From contig CAZPAV010000009.1 of NCBI GenBank assembly GCA_964584755.1, positions 358-64,357 on the forward strand: a DNA stretch of 64,000 nucleotides, written 5' to 3'. This stretch comes from an uncultured Acidimicrobiaceae bacterium (GTDB taxonomy: Bacteria > Actinomycetota > Acidimicrobiia > Spongiisociales > UBA5794). Made by a program: the position numbers and the translations under genes. Position 1 is the first letter of the stretch, and every line of letters starts with the position of its first letter. The notes beneath the pieces are model-generated. The model searched no databases, was not told where the DNA came from, and saw nothing but the letters and a program-made list of their open reading frames with translations. Shown here one piece after another: positions 20,519 through 28,803 of the stretch.

Positions 20519-21823
20519 TCACCTCCCCGCCGTCACGCGGCGGCTCTCGAGGGACTCGAAGAACGCGTCGATCCGGTTCTTGAGCTGTGCCTCGGCCCAG
20601 AGTCGCGAGTCGACGAGATCGGACTGGATGAAGAGTCCGGGGGTGTCGTCGGCGCCCATGAGCCACTCTCGGGTGTCGGGCAGGCCCGTCGAGGTCGTCC
20701 GGCAGGACTTCACCCCGTGGTAGCAGATCCCGTCGATCGACCAGTCCCGGACCGCCTCGCGCTGCCACTCCTGGGAGAAGAAGATCCCGCTGAAAGACGG
20801 CTGGGCCGTGAGCACGATCTGCTCGGCGAGGCTCTCGATGGGACGCTCGAGGTCGTAGTGGATCCCACGATCGATGCCACCACCGGCGTACGACATGTAC
20901 TCGCTGGCGACGAAGACGCCGTTCCAGTCCTCGAAGAGGCCGACGAAGTCGCGGAAGTGCGAGTAGCAGGCGGTGCCGATGAGGAGGAGGCGGAACCGCT
21001 CGTCGGGAACGGCCCCGACGCCGTGGGCCACCCGCTCATCGAGCTCGGCGAGGGCGGTCTCCATGAATCGGGTCCCGCGGGGGTCGCCGCGGTAGATGTT
21101 GGCGATGCCCTGGTAGTTGATCCCCTCGGTGAGGGCGTTGAAGGGCGCAGGCCGGTGCTGGTTCGTCTTCATGATGGCCTGGTAGAGCTCCGACATGCGG
21201 TTGACCTCGCCCATGACGGCGCGCAGCTTGTCGATGTCGAAGCGTTGGCCTGTCTGCTCCTCGCAGAAGGTGATGAGCTCCCGCATCTGCTGCTCGACGT
21301 ACGCCTTGTCCTCGGCGAAGGTCCGGGTACCGGATCCGTACGCGAACCCCGAGCCGCGCCAGCCCGGGATGTCGAGGACGAACGTGGGCGTCCCGTACAT
21401 GCGCTCCCAGATCTCCGCCCACTTGATGTACGTGTTGCACATGTTCGTGGCGACCGTGAAGGCGGGTTGCGGGTACGTGCCCATGGGGTGGGCCCGGTCG
21501 GTGACGTGGAGGCCGACGTCGACCTTCACGTAGCCGCAGATGTCGGGGGAGTAGCCGTAGTCCTCGGCGGCCTCGAGGTACTGCATGGCCTTCCCCTTCA
21601 CCGCGGTCTGGAGGGCGGCGATCTCGGGGAAGCTCATGGGGATGTCGAAGGTGCTGAGGATCTCGGCCATGGATCCCATGACGAAGACGTTGGCCACGGG
21701 CCGGCCGCTCGTGGCGGCCTCGCTGAGCTCCTTCCACCACTCCTCGATGAGCTGGCGGCTCGCCCTCCGGGTGGTCCCGGCGAGCGCCAGAGGGGGACGA
21801 ATGGCGACGCGGCGTTCTTTCAT
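20519..21823 (-). CDS. bcrB: Class I benzoyl-CoA reductase beta subunit (BcrB/BadE-like)
   Basis: YSPDICGYVKVD, NMCNTYIKW, FDIDKLR, VKSC, SDLVDSR...KNRIDAFF. Confidence 0.82.
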   Translation of the reverse strand: MKERRVAIRPPLALAGTTRRASRQLIEEWWKELSEAATSGRPVANVFVMGSMAEILSTFDIPMSFPEIAALQTAVKGKAMQYLEAAEDYGYSPDICGYVKVDVGLHVTDRAHPMGTYPQPAFTVATNMCNTYIKWAEIWERMYGTPTFVLDIPGWRGSGFAYGSGTRTFAEDKAYVEQQMRELITFCEEQTGQRFDIDKLRAVMGEVNRMSELYQAIMKTNQHRPAPFNALTEGINYQGIANIYRGDPRGTRFMETALAELDERVAHGVGAVPDERFRLLLIGTACYSHFRDFVGLFEDWNGVFVASEYMSYAGGGIDRGIHYDLERPIESLAEQIVLTAQPSFSGIFFSQEWQREAVRDWSIDGICYHGVKSCRTTSTGLPDTREWLMGADDTPGLFIQSDLVDSRLWAEAQLKNRIDAFFESLESRRVTAGR

Positions 21824-21834
21824 GGTGCTCCTCC

Positions 21835-22998
21835 TCAGGCGAACTCGAACATCAGGGACTCGGCGAAGGTCTCGACCTCCATCTGGAACTGCTCGAAGAC
21901 GGTGGTCTTCTCCTCGAACTCGAGGACGAGGTGCGGGATCCCGGCCTCGTCGAGGGCCCGGCTGTACCCGACCTGCTCCTCGAGTCCCGGTTCGCACATC
22001 TTGGCGGCGGAGACGATGGCGGCCTCGGCCCCCGACTCCTCGATACGGCGGAGGAGCATCTCCTCCTTCGGCTTGCGGGGATCGCGCTGCACCGGGCTGT
22101 AGCTGGAGGTCTCCACGTAGGCACGGGCGAGGTCGGCGACCGGGTCGCCGTCGACGGGGACGTCCTCGGTGAGCCAGCGCAGGCCGATGAGGAGGTCGTC
22201 GTCGACGACGTAGCACACGTTCTGCAGGACGGCGAGCATGTCGATGGGGGGCTGCTCGCAGAAGCCGCCCTCGATGACGACCCGGATCTTGTCCTGGGGT
22301 CTGCGGTCCCGCTCCCGGATGAGGGGGAGGGCCCGGCGCAGGATCTCGTTGTGCTCCTCGCGCGGCATGACCCCGGCGGCCCGGGTGAGCGCGTACGCCT
22401 CCACGGCGTCGATGAGCCACGGCTGCTCCCGCTTGATCTGGTACAGCTCGCGGAGGAGGCGGCGGTTCTCGTTGAACACCGCGATGCTGTGGCGGAGGTC
22501 GTCGTCGGTGACCTTCCGACCGGCGAGGTCCTCGATGATCCCGAGGATGCGGCGGTACTCGTCGGTGAGGTACGGCAGGGCCTGGCGGGAGGTCGGGTTG
22601 TGGGGGTAGTAGAGGATCTGGCACTCCATCTCGGGGAAGTTGCGTGCCCAGACGCCGAGCGAGTGGCGGGCGGCGTCGCAGATGGGGTGGGTGACGAACA
22701 TGTCGAGGAAGTCGAGGCTCCCCGAGAGGGCGAGCTCGAGCCCGGAGCGGATGATGGAGCAGACGAACGCGGCGAACCGGGCGTCGGCCTGCCGGATCTG
22801 GACGGTGCTGTCGGCCCCCATGACCTTCACCGGGAGCACGCCGGCGGCGTGGGCGAGCTCCTCGGGGAAGTACACCTGGAAGTGCCCGAGGACCTTCCCG
22901 TCGGGATGCTCCTCGAGCCAGCGCCGGGCGGCGGGGTAGCGAGGGTCCTCCACGAGCACCCGGCAGTCGTCGATGATCCTCTCGAGTTCACTGGTCAT
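21835..22998 (-). CDS. bcrC: Class I benzoyl-CoA reductase gamma subunit (BcrC/BadD-like)
   Basis: AARRW, FVCSI, PICDA, EQPW, GGFCEQPP, CYVVDDD, KMCEPGL. Confidence 0.85.
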   Translation of the reverse strand: MTSELERIIDDCRVLVEDPRYPAARRWLEEHPDGKVLGHFQVYFPEELAHAAGVLPVKVMGADSTVQIRQADARFAAFVCSIIRSGLELALSGSLDFLDMFVTHPICDAARHSLGVWARNFPEMECQILYYPHNPTSRQALPYLTDEYRRILGIIEDLAGRKVTDDDLRHSIAVFNENRRLLRELYQIKREQPWLIDAVEAYALTRAAGVMPREEHNEILRRALPLIRERDRRPQDKIRVVIEGGFCEQPPIDMLAVLQNVCYVVDDDLLIGLRWLTEDVPVDGDPVADLARAYVETSSYSPVQRDPRKPKEEMLLRRIEESGAEAAIVSAAKMCEPGLEEQVGYSRALDEAGIPHLVLEFEEKTTVFEQFQMEVETFAESLMFEFA

Positions 22999-23012
22999 GG
23001 TGCCTCGCTTCT

Positions 23013-23061
23013 TGACTAACCGGTCAGTCAGAATCATGCCACGGGCATCCGCCGGCGACAA
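23013..23061 (-). promoter_or_regulatory. bcr operon promoter with overlapping palindromic (TetR-type) operator
   Basis: Minus strand TTGTCG(23061-56)-N17-CATGAT(23038-33); near-perfect palindrome TGACTAACCGGTCAGTCA at 23013-23030 covers the predicted start site. Confidence 0.75.
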
Positions 23062-23152
23062 TGCTCCGGGCGTCTCAGTTCTCTGATGCAGACGCGTCAT
23101 TGGTGGGGAACGGTTTGGCGGCGATCCGGCGCGAGGGGCAGACTGCCCCGCC

Positions 23153-24448
23153 ATGGAGACGACCTACTTCGCGCGTGAGACGGAGACGGCACCCGTCGAG
23201 CGCCTGCGCGAGATCCAGCTCACGAAGCTCAGGACGCTGCTGGAGACGATCCTGGGACGCAACCGGTTCTACACCGGGAAGCTCGCCGGCCTGGAGCCGG
23301 GGGACGTGCGTCGCGTGGAGGACCTGCGGGACCTCCCCTTCACCACGAAGGCCGAGCTCCTCGCGGCCCAGGAGGAGGGCGGAGGCTTCTCGACGAACGC
23401 CACCTTCTCCGAGAGGGCGTACACCCGCTTCCATCAGACCTCGGGCACCACCGGACGGCCCCTCCGCGTCTACGACACCGCGGAGAGCTGGGACTGGTGG
23501 GGGCGCTGTTGGGGCTACGTGCTCGCGGGCGCGGGACTCACCGCCGCGGATCGCCTCTTCGTGCCCTTCTCCTTCGGTCCGTTCATCGGGTTCTGGGCCG
23601 CGCTCGGCGGGGCCGAGAAGATCGGGGCCCTCATGATCCCCGGCGGAGGGCGCAGCTCCGTCCAGCGACTCGCCCTCATGGCCGAGCTCGGCGCGACCGC
23701 CATGTGCTGCACCCCCACCTACGCGCTCCGGCTCGCCGAGGTGGCTCGTGAGGAGGGGTTCGACCTGGACCGCATCCCCATGCGCCTCACCGTCCATGCC
23801 GGAGAGCCGGGGGCGAACGTCCCGGCGACGAAGGCCCGCATCGAGGCCGAGTGGGGGGCGAAGTGCTACGACCACGCCGGAGCCTCCGAGGTGGGCGCCC
23901 ACAGCTTCGAGTGCGAGGCCCAGCCGGGGGGGACCCACGCCATCGACAGCGAGTTCATCGTCGAGGTCGTCGATCCGACGAGCGGGGAGGCCGTGTCGCC
24001 GGGGGAGGAGGGGGAGCTCGTCGTGACCAACCTCGGTCGGGCGGGGTTCCCGGTGATCCGCTACCGCACCGGGGACGTGGTGCGGGTCGATGCGACGCCG
24101 TGCCCCTGCGGGCGGACCTTCACCCGGTTCGCCGGGGGGGTCATCGGCCGGGCCGACGACATGGTCGTGGTGCGAGGCGTCAACGTGTATCCGGGGGCCG
24201 TCGAGAACCTCGTCCGCGAGCACGAGGGGATCGACGAGTTCCGGGTGCGGGTGGTGCGGCACCGGGAGATGGCCGAGCTCGTCGTCGAGATCGAGTGCGC
24301 CCAGGGCGTCGACGCCACGGCGTCGTGCGCCGCGGTGACCGCCGCCTTCCGGGACCGTCTCGGGCTCACCCCGCGGGTGACGGCGGTGCCGCGGGACACG
24401 CTGCCGCGCTTCGAGCTCAAGGCGAAGCGATTCATCGTCGAGGGGTGA
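23153..24448 (+). CDS. paaK: Phenylacetate-CoA ligase (PaaK) family aryl-CoA ligase
   Basis: LPFTTK, QTSGTTG, YDHAGASEVG, RYRTGD, GRADDM...RGVNVYP. Confidence 0.85.
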   Translation: METTYFARETETAPVERLREIQLTKLRTLLETILGRNRFYTGKLAGLEPGDVRRVEDLRDLPFTTKAELLAAQEEGGGFSTNATFSERAYTRFHQTSGTTGRPLRVYDTAESWDWWGRCWGYVLAGAGLTAADRLFVPFSFGPFIGFWAALGGAEKIGALMIPGGGRSSVQRLALMAELGATAMCCTPTYALRLAEVAREEGFDLDRIPMRLTVHAGEPGANVPATKARIEAEWGAKCYDHAGASEVGAHSFECEAQPGGTHAIDSEFIVEVVDPTSGEAVSPGEEGELVVTNLGRAGFPVIRYRTGDVVRVDATPCPCGRTFTRFAGGVIGRADDMVVVRGVNVYPGAVENLVREHEGIDEFRVRVVRHREMAELVVEIECAQGVDATASCAAVTAAFRDRLGLTPRVTAVPRDTLPRFELKAKRFIVEG

Positions 24449-24464
24449 CGGGGCCCTCGGGCCG

Positions 24465-24941
24465 TCACTCGAGTGGGATCTCGTCGCGGTGGCCGAAGGC
24501 GACGGTGTTGTCCACGAAGAGGACACGGGTCGGGACGAGCTCGTACCACGCCACCTTCCCCAGGGCGCGGGCGATCGCGGCCGGGCCACGGGCGGCGGCG
24601 GCGACGATGGGGAACTTGCGGGCGTAGCGCGCCATCGCCGCCGCCGCGGCGGCTCCGACGAGTCGCCGGGCGGTGCCCTCGAGTTGGATACCCTGGATGG
24701 GTCGCCAGTCGGCGTAGTCCTCGTGGATCGTCCCGGCGACGTGCGGGTTCGCGGCGAGGTTCCGGGCATGCCGGGTCGTCTCCGCCGAGAGGAAGACGAG
24801 CCGGAAGTCGTCGCTGGCGTAGAAGACGGCCGCCGCCCACGGGCCGGCGGGTCCCACGGTGGCGAGCGTCAGGACGTGGTGTGCCGCGAGGTAGGCGAGC
24901 GCCCGCGTCCGGGGATCGTGCGGTGCCGCTCCCTGCTCCAC
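24465..24941 (-). CDS. Pyridoxamine 5'-phosphate oxidase-like flavin-binding protein (YhbP-like)
   Basis: HVLTLAT, WAAAVFY, TRHARNL..NP.VAGTI, IQGIQLEG; GTG 7 nt after TACCCT. Confidence 0.8.
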   Translation of the reverse strand: MEQGAAPHDPRTRALAYLAAHHVLTLATVGPAGPWAAAVFYASDDFRLVFLSAETTRHARNLAANPHVAGTIHEDYADWRPIQGIQLEGTARRLVGAAAAAAMARYARKFPIVAAAARGPAAIARALGKVAWYELVPTRVLFVDNTVAFGHRDEIPLE

Positions 24942-24988
24942 GGGCGGCAGGGTAGCCTGCGCACGACGGCGGGGAAGGAGGCGCGGGC

Positions 24989-25552
24989 GTGGAACGCATC
25001 GTCGTGGGGATCTCGGGCGCGAGCGGCGCTGTCTACGGGATTCGGCTCCTGGAGGTCCTGCGGGACGTCCCGGAGGTGGAGACCCACCTCGTGGTCAGCG
25101 GAGGTGCCCGTCGCACCATCGAGCTCGAGACGGACCTGACCCCGGAGGCGGTGGAGGGCCTCGCCGACCACGTCTACCCGCTCCGCGACCTGGCGGCGCC
25201 CATCTCCTCGGGATCCTTCCGGACGGCGGGCATGGTGGTGGCCCCCTGCTCGATGAAGACCCTCTCCGGCATCGCCAACTCCTACACGGACACCCTCTTG
25301 ACCCGGGCCGCCGACGTGACGCTGAAGGAGCGGCGGCGGCTGGTCCTCCTGCCCCGGGAGACGCCGCTCCATCTCGGGCACGCCCGTCTCATCGTCCACG
25401 CCATCGAGCTGGGTGCCATCGTCATGCCGCCGACACCCGCCTTCTACCACCACCCCCGGAGCATCGAGGACATCGTCGATCACACGGTGAGTCGGGTCCT
25501 CGACCTCTTCGGCATCGACAACGACCTCGTGGAGCGCTGGCAGGGCGCTTGA
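24989..25552 (+). CDS. ubiX: Flavin prenyltransferase UbiX
   Basis: VGISGASG, APISSGS, APCSMKTL, RAADVTLKERR, RETP, MPPTPAFY. Confidence 0.96.
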   Translation: MERIVVGISGASGAVYGIRLLEVLRDVPEVETHLVVSGGARRTIELETDLTPEAVEGLADHVYPLRDLAAPISSGSFRTAGMVVAPCSMKTLSGIANSYTDTLLTRAADVTLKERRRLVLLPRETPLHLGHARLIVHAIELGAIVMPPTPAFYHHPRSIEDIVDHTVSRVLDLFGIDNDLVERWQGA

Positions 25553-25566
25553 CGTCCCGCGATCCG

Positions 25567-25613
25567 GTTCGCTACGGTGTTCGCTATCACGAACGAGGTT
25601 CTCTATAGCGAAA
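25567..25613. promoter_or_regulatory. IclR-type operator repeats upstream of the IclR-ubiD-HAD-pps operon
   Basis: GTTCGCTATCACGAAC (25579-94), GTTCTCTATAGCGAAA (25598-613), plus half-site GTTCGCTAC (25567-75). Confidence 0.65.
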
Positions 25614-25704
25614 CCATTGGAGGACCGTCGACGGCCCCGGTCGTCGATCCACCGGGCCCGGGGAGGGACCGGTCAGGACCCCGAGGGGAGGAGGGGAGGA
25701 GCGC

Positions 25705-26481
25705 ATGTCGGCACGGGCGTCGGCCGTGGAACGGGCCATCCAGATCCTTCGCTCCTTCGAGGAGCAGGACGAGTTCTCCCTGACCGAGCTCGTCGAGCGG
25801 CTCGACCTCAACAAGAGCACCGCCCACGGGATCCTCCGCACCCTCACCGACCACCGCTTCCTCAGCCGCGACGAGGGGACCCTGCGGTACCGGCTCGGTC
25901 CGGCGCTCATCCGGCTCGGCCACCTCGCCCACGAGCAGATCGACGTGCGCCGCGTGGCGCGACCCTTCATGGAGTCCCTCATGGAGGAGACCCGCAAGTC
26001 GGTCCTCCTCGGCACCTTCCACGACGGCCGGATCACGATCATCGACAAGGTGGACCCGGTGGGCACGCTCCACGTCTCGGCCGCCATCGGCCAGCAGATC
26101 CCACTGTCGGCCGGCTCCTTCGGACGCGTGTTCCTCGCCTGGCTCCCCGAGGAGGAGGTCGACGCCCTCCTCGAGGAGCACGGCCTCGAGGCCTTCACCC
26201 CGTCCTCGATCGTCGACCCCGAGGCGTACAAGCGCGAGCTCGAGCGGGTGCGACGCCTCGGATACGCCGTCGACGACCAGGAGGAGTACCTCCTCGGCGT
26301 GCGGGCGGTCTCGGTGCCGCTCATGGACCATCGCGAGGTGGTCGCCGCGCTGACGATCGTGGGTTTCACCTCCCGCCGCGACGATCAGCCCAGCGGCGTG
26401 ACGATCAAGGCCATCACCCGGGCGGGGTGTGAGATCTCGAAGCGGCTCGGTGCCGAGACCGACGCCCGCGAAGGACCCTGA
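25705..26481 (+). CDS. IclR family transcriptional regulator
   Basis: SAVERAIQIL, LNKSTAHGILRTL, YRLGP, GYAVDDQE, AVSVP. Confidence 0.95.
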   Translation: MSARASAVERAIQILRSFEEQDEFSLTELVERLDLNKSTAHGILRTLTDHRFLSRDEGTLRYRLGPALIRLGHLAHEQIDVRRVARPFMESLMEETRKSVLLGTFHDGRITIIDKVDPVGTLHVSAAIGQQIPLSAGSFGRVFLAWLPEEEVDALLEEHGLEAFTPSSIVDPEAYKRELERVRRLGYAVDDQEEYLLGVRAVSVPLMDHREVVAALTIVGFTSRRDDQPSGVTIKAITRAGCEISKRLGAETDAREGP

Positions 26482-26509
26482 ACGACGACCCGAGAGGAGA
26501 GGGGAGCGC

Positions 26510-27946
26510 ATGCCGTTCGACGACCTGCGGTCGTTCATCGACCGACTCGACGAGGAGGGCCAGCTGGAGCGGATCCGCCGCGAGGTGGACTGGAACCTCG
26601 AGCTGAGCCACGTCGCCAAGCTCAACGAGGAGCGCCAGGGTGGTGGCTCGGCCCTCCTGTTCGAGAACGTCAAGGAGTACCCGGGGCACCGGGTCTTCAT
26701 CAGCGCCCTCACCGCGCGGGAGCGACTCGCCCTCGCGCTCGACATGCCTCAGGACACGAGCCTCATGCACCTCTCCCAGGAGTGGGTGGAGCGCATCCAC
26801 GACAACAGGGTCCCCCCCAAGGAGGTCGCCACCGGCCCGTGCAAGGAGAACGTCCTCCGCGGCGAGGACGCGGACATCACCCGCCTGCCCAGCCCGTGGT
26901 TCTACCCGGGCGACGGGGGGCGGTACCTGGGCACCGCCGGGTACCTCATCACCCGCAACCTCGAGACGGGGCGCCTCAACCTCGGCACGTACCGCGCCAT
27001 GGTCGGCTCGGCGCACGAGCTCTGCATCTACATGATCAAGGCCAAGGACGGCGAGATCGACTTCCGGGCGTACCAGGAGGCCGGCATCCCCATGCCGGTG
27101 GCGTACGTCTCCGGGTGCGACCCGACGCTCTTCCTCTGCTCGAGCACCCTCTTCGGACTCGACGAGAGCGAGTACGACGTCGCCGGGGCGCTGCGCGGCG
27201 CCCCCGTGGAGGTCGTCCGCGCGGAGACCTCCGACCTCCTCGTCCCGGCCGCCGCGGAGTGGGTCGTGGAGGGGGAGATCGTCCCCGGCGAGACCCGCCC
27301 GGAGGGCCCCTTCGGCGAGTACACCGGCCACTACTCGGGGAAGGGCGACGAGGAGCAGTACTTCATCCGGGTGAAGGCGATCACCCACCGCGACGACCCG
27401 ATCCTCTGGTCGACGACGGTGGGCCGGCCCACGACCGACACCCATATGATCATGAGCGTCAACCGCACCGCGTCCCTGTGGAACGACCTCCGGCGCATGC
27501 AGATCCCCGGCATCAGGGCCGTCTACGGTCCGCCGGCCTCGGCGGGGAGGATGCTCGTCATCATCTCCATGAAGCCCATGTACCACGGTCACTCCACGCA
27601 GGTCGGCCTGGCGGCGTTCGCCTCCACGACGGGGAACTACGGCCTGAAGACGGTCATCCTCGTCGACGAGGACATCGACCCGGAGAACATGGATCAGGTC
27701 CTCTACGCGCTGAGCTTCAAGTACCAGCCGGAGTTCGGCACCCAGATCCTCCGCCGGGGGCGCTCCACGCCGCTCGACCCCTCCCTGCCCCGATCGGACC
27801 GGTTCATGACCTCGCGCATCATCATCGACTGCACCACGCCGTACGAGTGGGGCGAGGAGGACCGGCCGCGCAAGATCGAGCTCGACGAGGCGATGGCGGC
27901 GTACGTCCGCGAGCACTGGGACGAGTACTTCGCCGGGGGGAGGTGA
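26510..27946 (+). CDS. ubiD: UbiD-family (de)carboxylase, phenylphosphate carboxylase beta (PpcB)-like
   Basis: EVDWNLELSHVAKL, DGGRYLGT, EGPFGEYTG, GRPTTDTHM, RGRSTPLDP, TSRIIID..PYEW. Confidence 0.88.
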   Translation: MPFDDLRSFIDRLDEEGQLERIRREVDWNLELSHVAKLNEERQGGGSALLFENVKEYPGHRVFISALTARERLALALDMPQDTSLMHLSQEWVERIHDNRVPPKEVATGPCKENVLRGEDADITRLPSPWFYPGDGGRYLGTAGYLITRNLETGRLNLGTYRAMVGSAHELCIYMIKAKDGEIDFRAYQEAGIPMPVAYVSGCDPTLFLCSSTLFGLDESEYDVAGALRGAPVEVVRAETSDLLVPAAAEWVVEGEIVPGETRPEGPFGEYTGHYSGKGDEEQYFIRVKAITHRDDPILWSTTVGRPTTDTHMIMSVNRTASLWNDLRRMQIPGIRAVYGPPASAGRMLVIISMKPMYHGHSTQVGLAAFASTTGNYGLKTVILVDEDIDPENMDQVLYALSFKYQPEFGTQILRRGRSTPLDPSLPRSDRFMTSRIIIDCTTPYEWGEEDRPRKIELDEAMAAYVREHWDEYFAGGR

Positions 27947-28803
27947 GCGCCACGAGGACCGGCGGCATGGAGCGGGTCGAGGGCATCGTCTTCGACATCG
28001 ACGGAACGGTGGCCCGCGGCCGCTCCGTCCTCCCCGGCGTGCTCGAGACGCTCGCCGAGCTGCGTCGGCGCGGCATCCGCTACGCCTTCCTCACCAACGA
28101 CAACACCCACCGGGTGGGGTTCTGGGTGGAGCGCCTCGCCGCCATGGGGATCGCCGCGACCCCCGAGGAGGTCGTGACCGCCGCCCTCGTCGCCGCCGAG
28201 GCGACCGCCCAGCTCCATCCCGGCAGGAGGGTCCTCCCGGTCGGGGACGTGGGGCTCCGGGAGGCGCTCGCCGCCAAGGGTCTCGAGCTCGTGGGGTACG
28301 ACGACGCCGAGCGGGCCGAGGTCGTGGTGATGGGGAAGGACCCGGAGTTCGACCAGCGGCGGCTCGCCGTCGTCTGCCGGGCCATCTGGAACGGCGCCGA
28401 GTTCCTCGCCACCAACCGGGATCCGCGCGTCCCCACCGCGGACGGCTTCGCGCCGGGGACGGGGCCCATGGTCGAGGCGGTGGCGTACGCCACGGGTCGG
28501 GAGCCCCTCGTCACCGGCAAGCCCTCGGCGTGGGCGGGGAGGATGGCCATGGAGCTCATCGGCGTGGCACCCGAACGTGGCGCCGTGGTCGGCGACCAGC
28601 TCGCCACCGACATCGCCATGGGGCGCCACGCCGGTCTGTGGACGGTGCTCGTCCTCTCCGGCGCGACTCGGGCCGGGGAGGTGGACGCCGTCCCGGAGGA
28701 CCTCCGTCCCCACGTCGTGCTCGACGACGTGACGGGCCTCGTCCCGTTGCTCGACGGGAGCACGGCGGTGGCGGAGGGATCGCGCAGGAGAGGGAGGGAG
28801 TGA
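27943..28803 (+). CDS. HAD-IIA (NagD-like) phosphatase
   Basis: FDIDGT, FLTND, ATNRD, GKPS, VGDQLATDI; overlaps both neighbours. Confidence 0.9.
   Translation: MSATRTGGMERVEGIVFDIDGTVARGRSVLPGVLETLAELRRRGIRYAFLTNDNTHRVGFWVERLAAMGIAATPEEVVTAALVAAEATAQLHPGRRVLPVGDVGLREALAAKGLELVGYDDAERAEVVVMGKDPEFDQRRLAVVCRAIWNGAEFLATNRDPRVPTADGFAPGTGPMVEAVAYATGREPLVTGKPSAWAGRMAMELIGVAPERGAVVGDQLATDIAMGRHAGLWTVLVLSGATRAGEVDAVPEDLRPHVVLDDVTGLVPLLDGSTAVAEGSRRRGRE

Noticed and set aside
20519-22998. 2-hydroxyacyl-CoA (aryllactyl-CoA) dehydratase plus activator as an alternative call
   Set aside because: Two different activase-like subunits, BcrC/BcrB-type motifs and an adjacent Oah-like hydrolase fit a class I aryl-CoA reductase better; a phylogeny is still needed.
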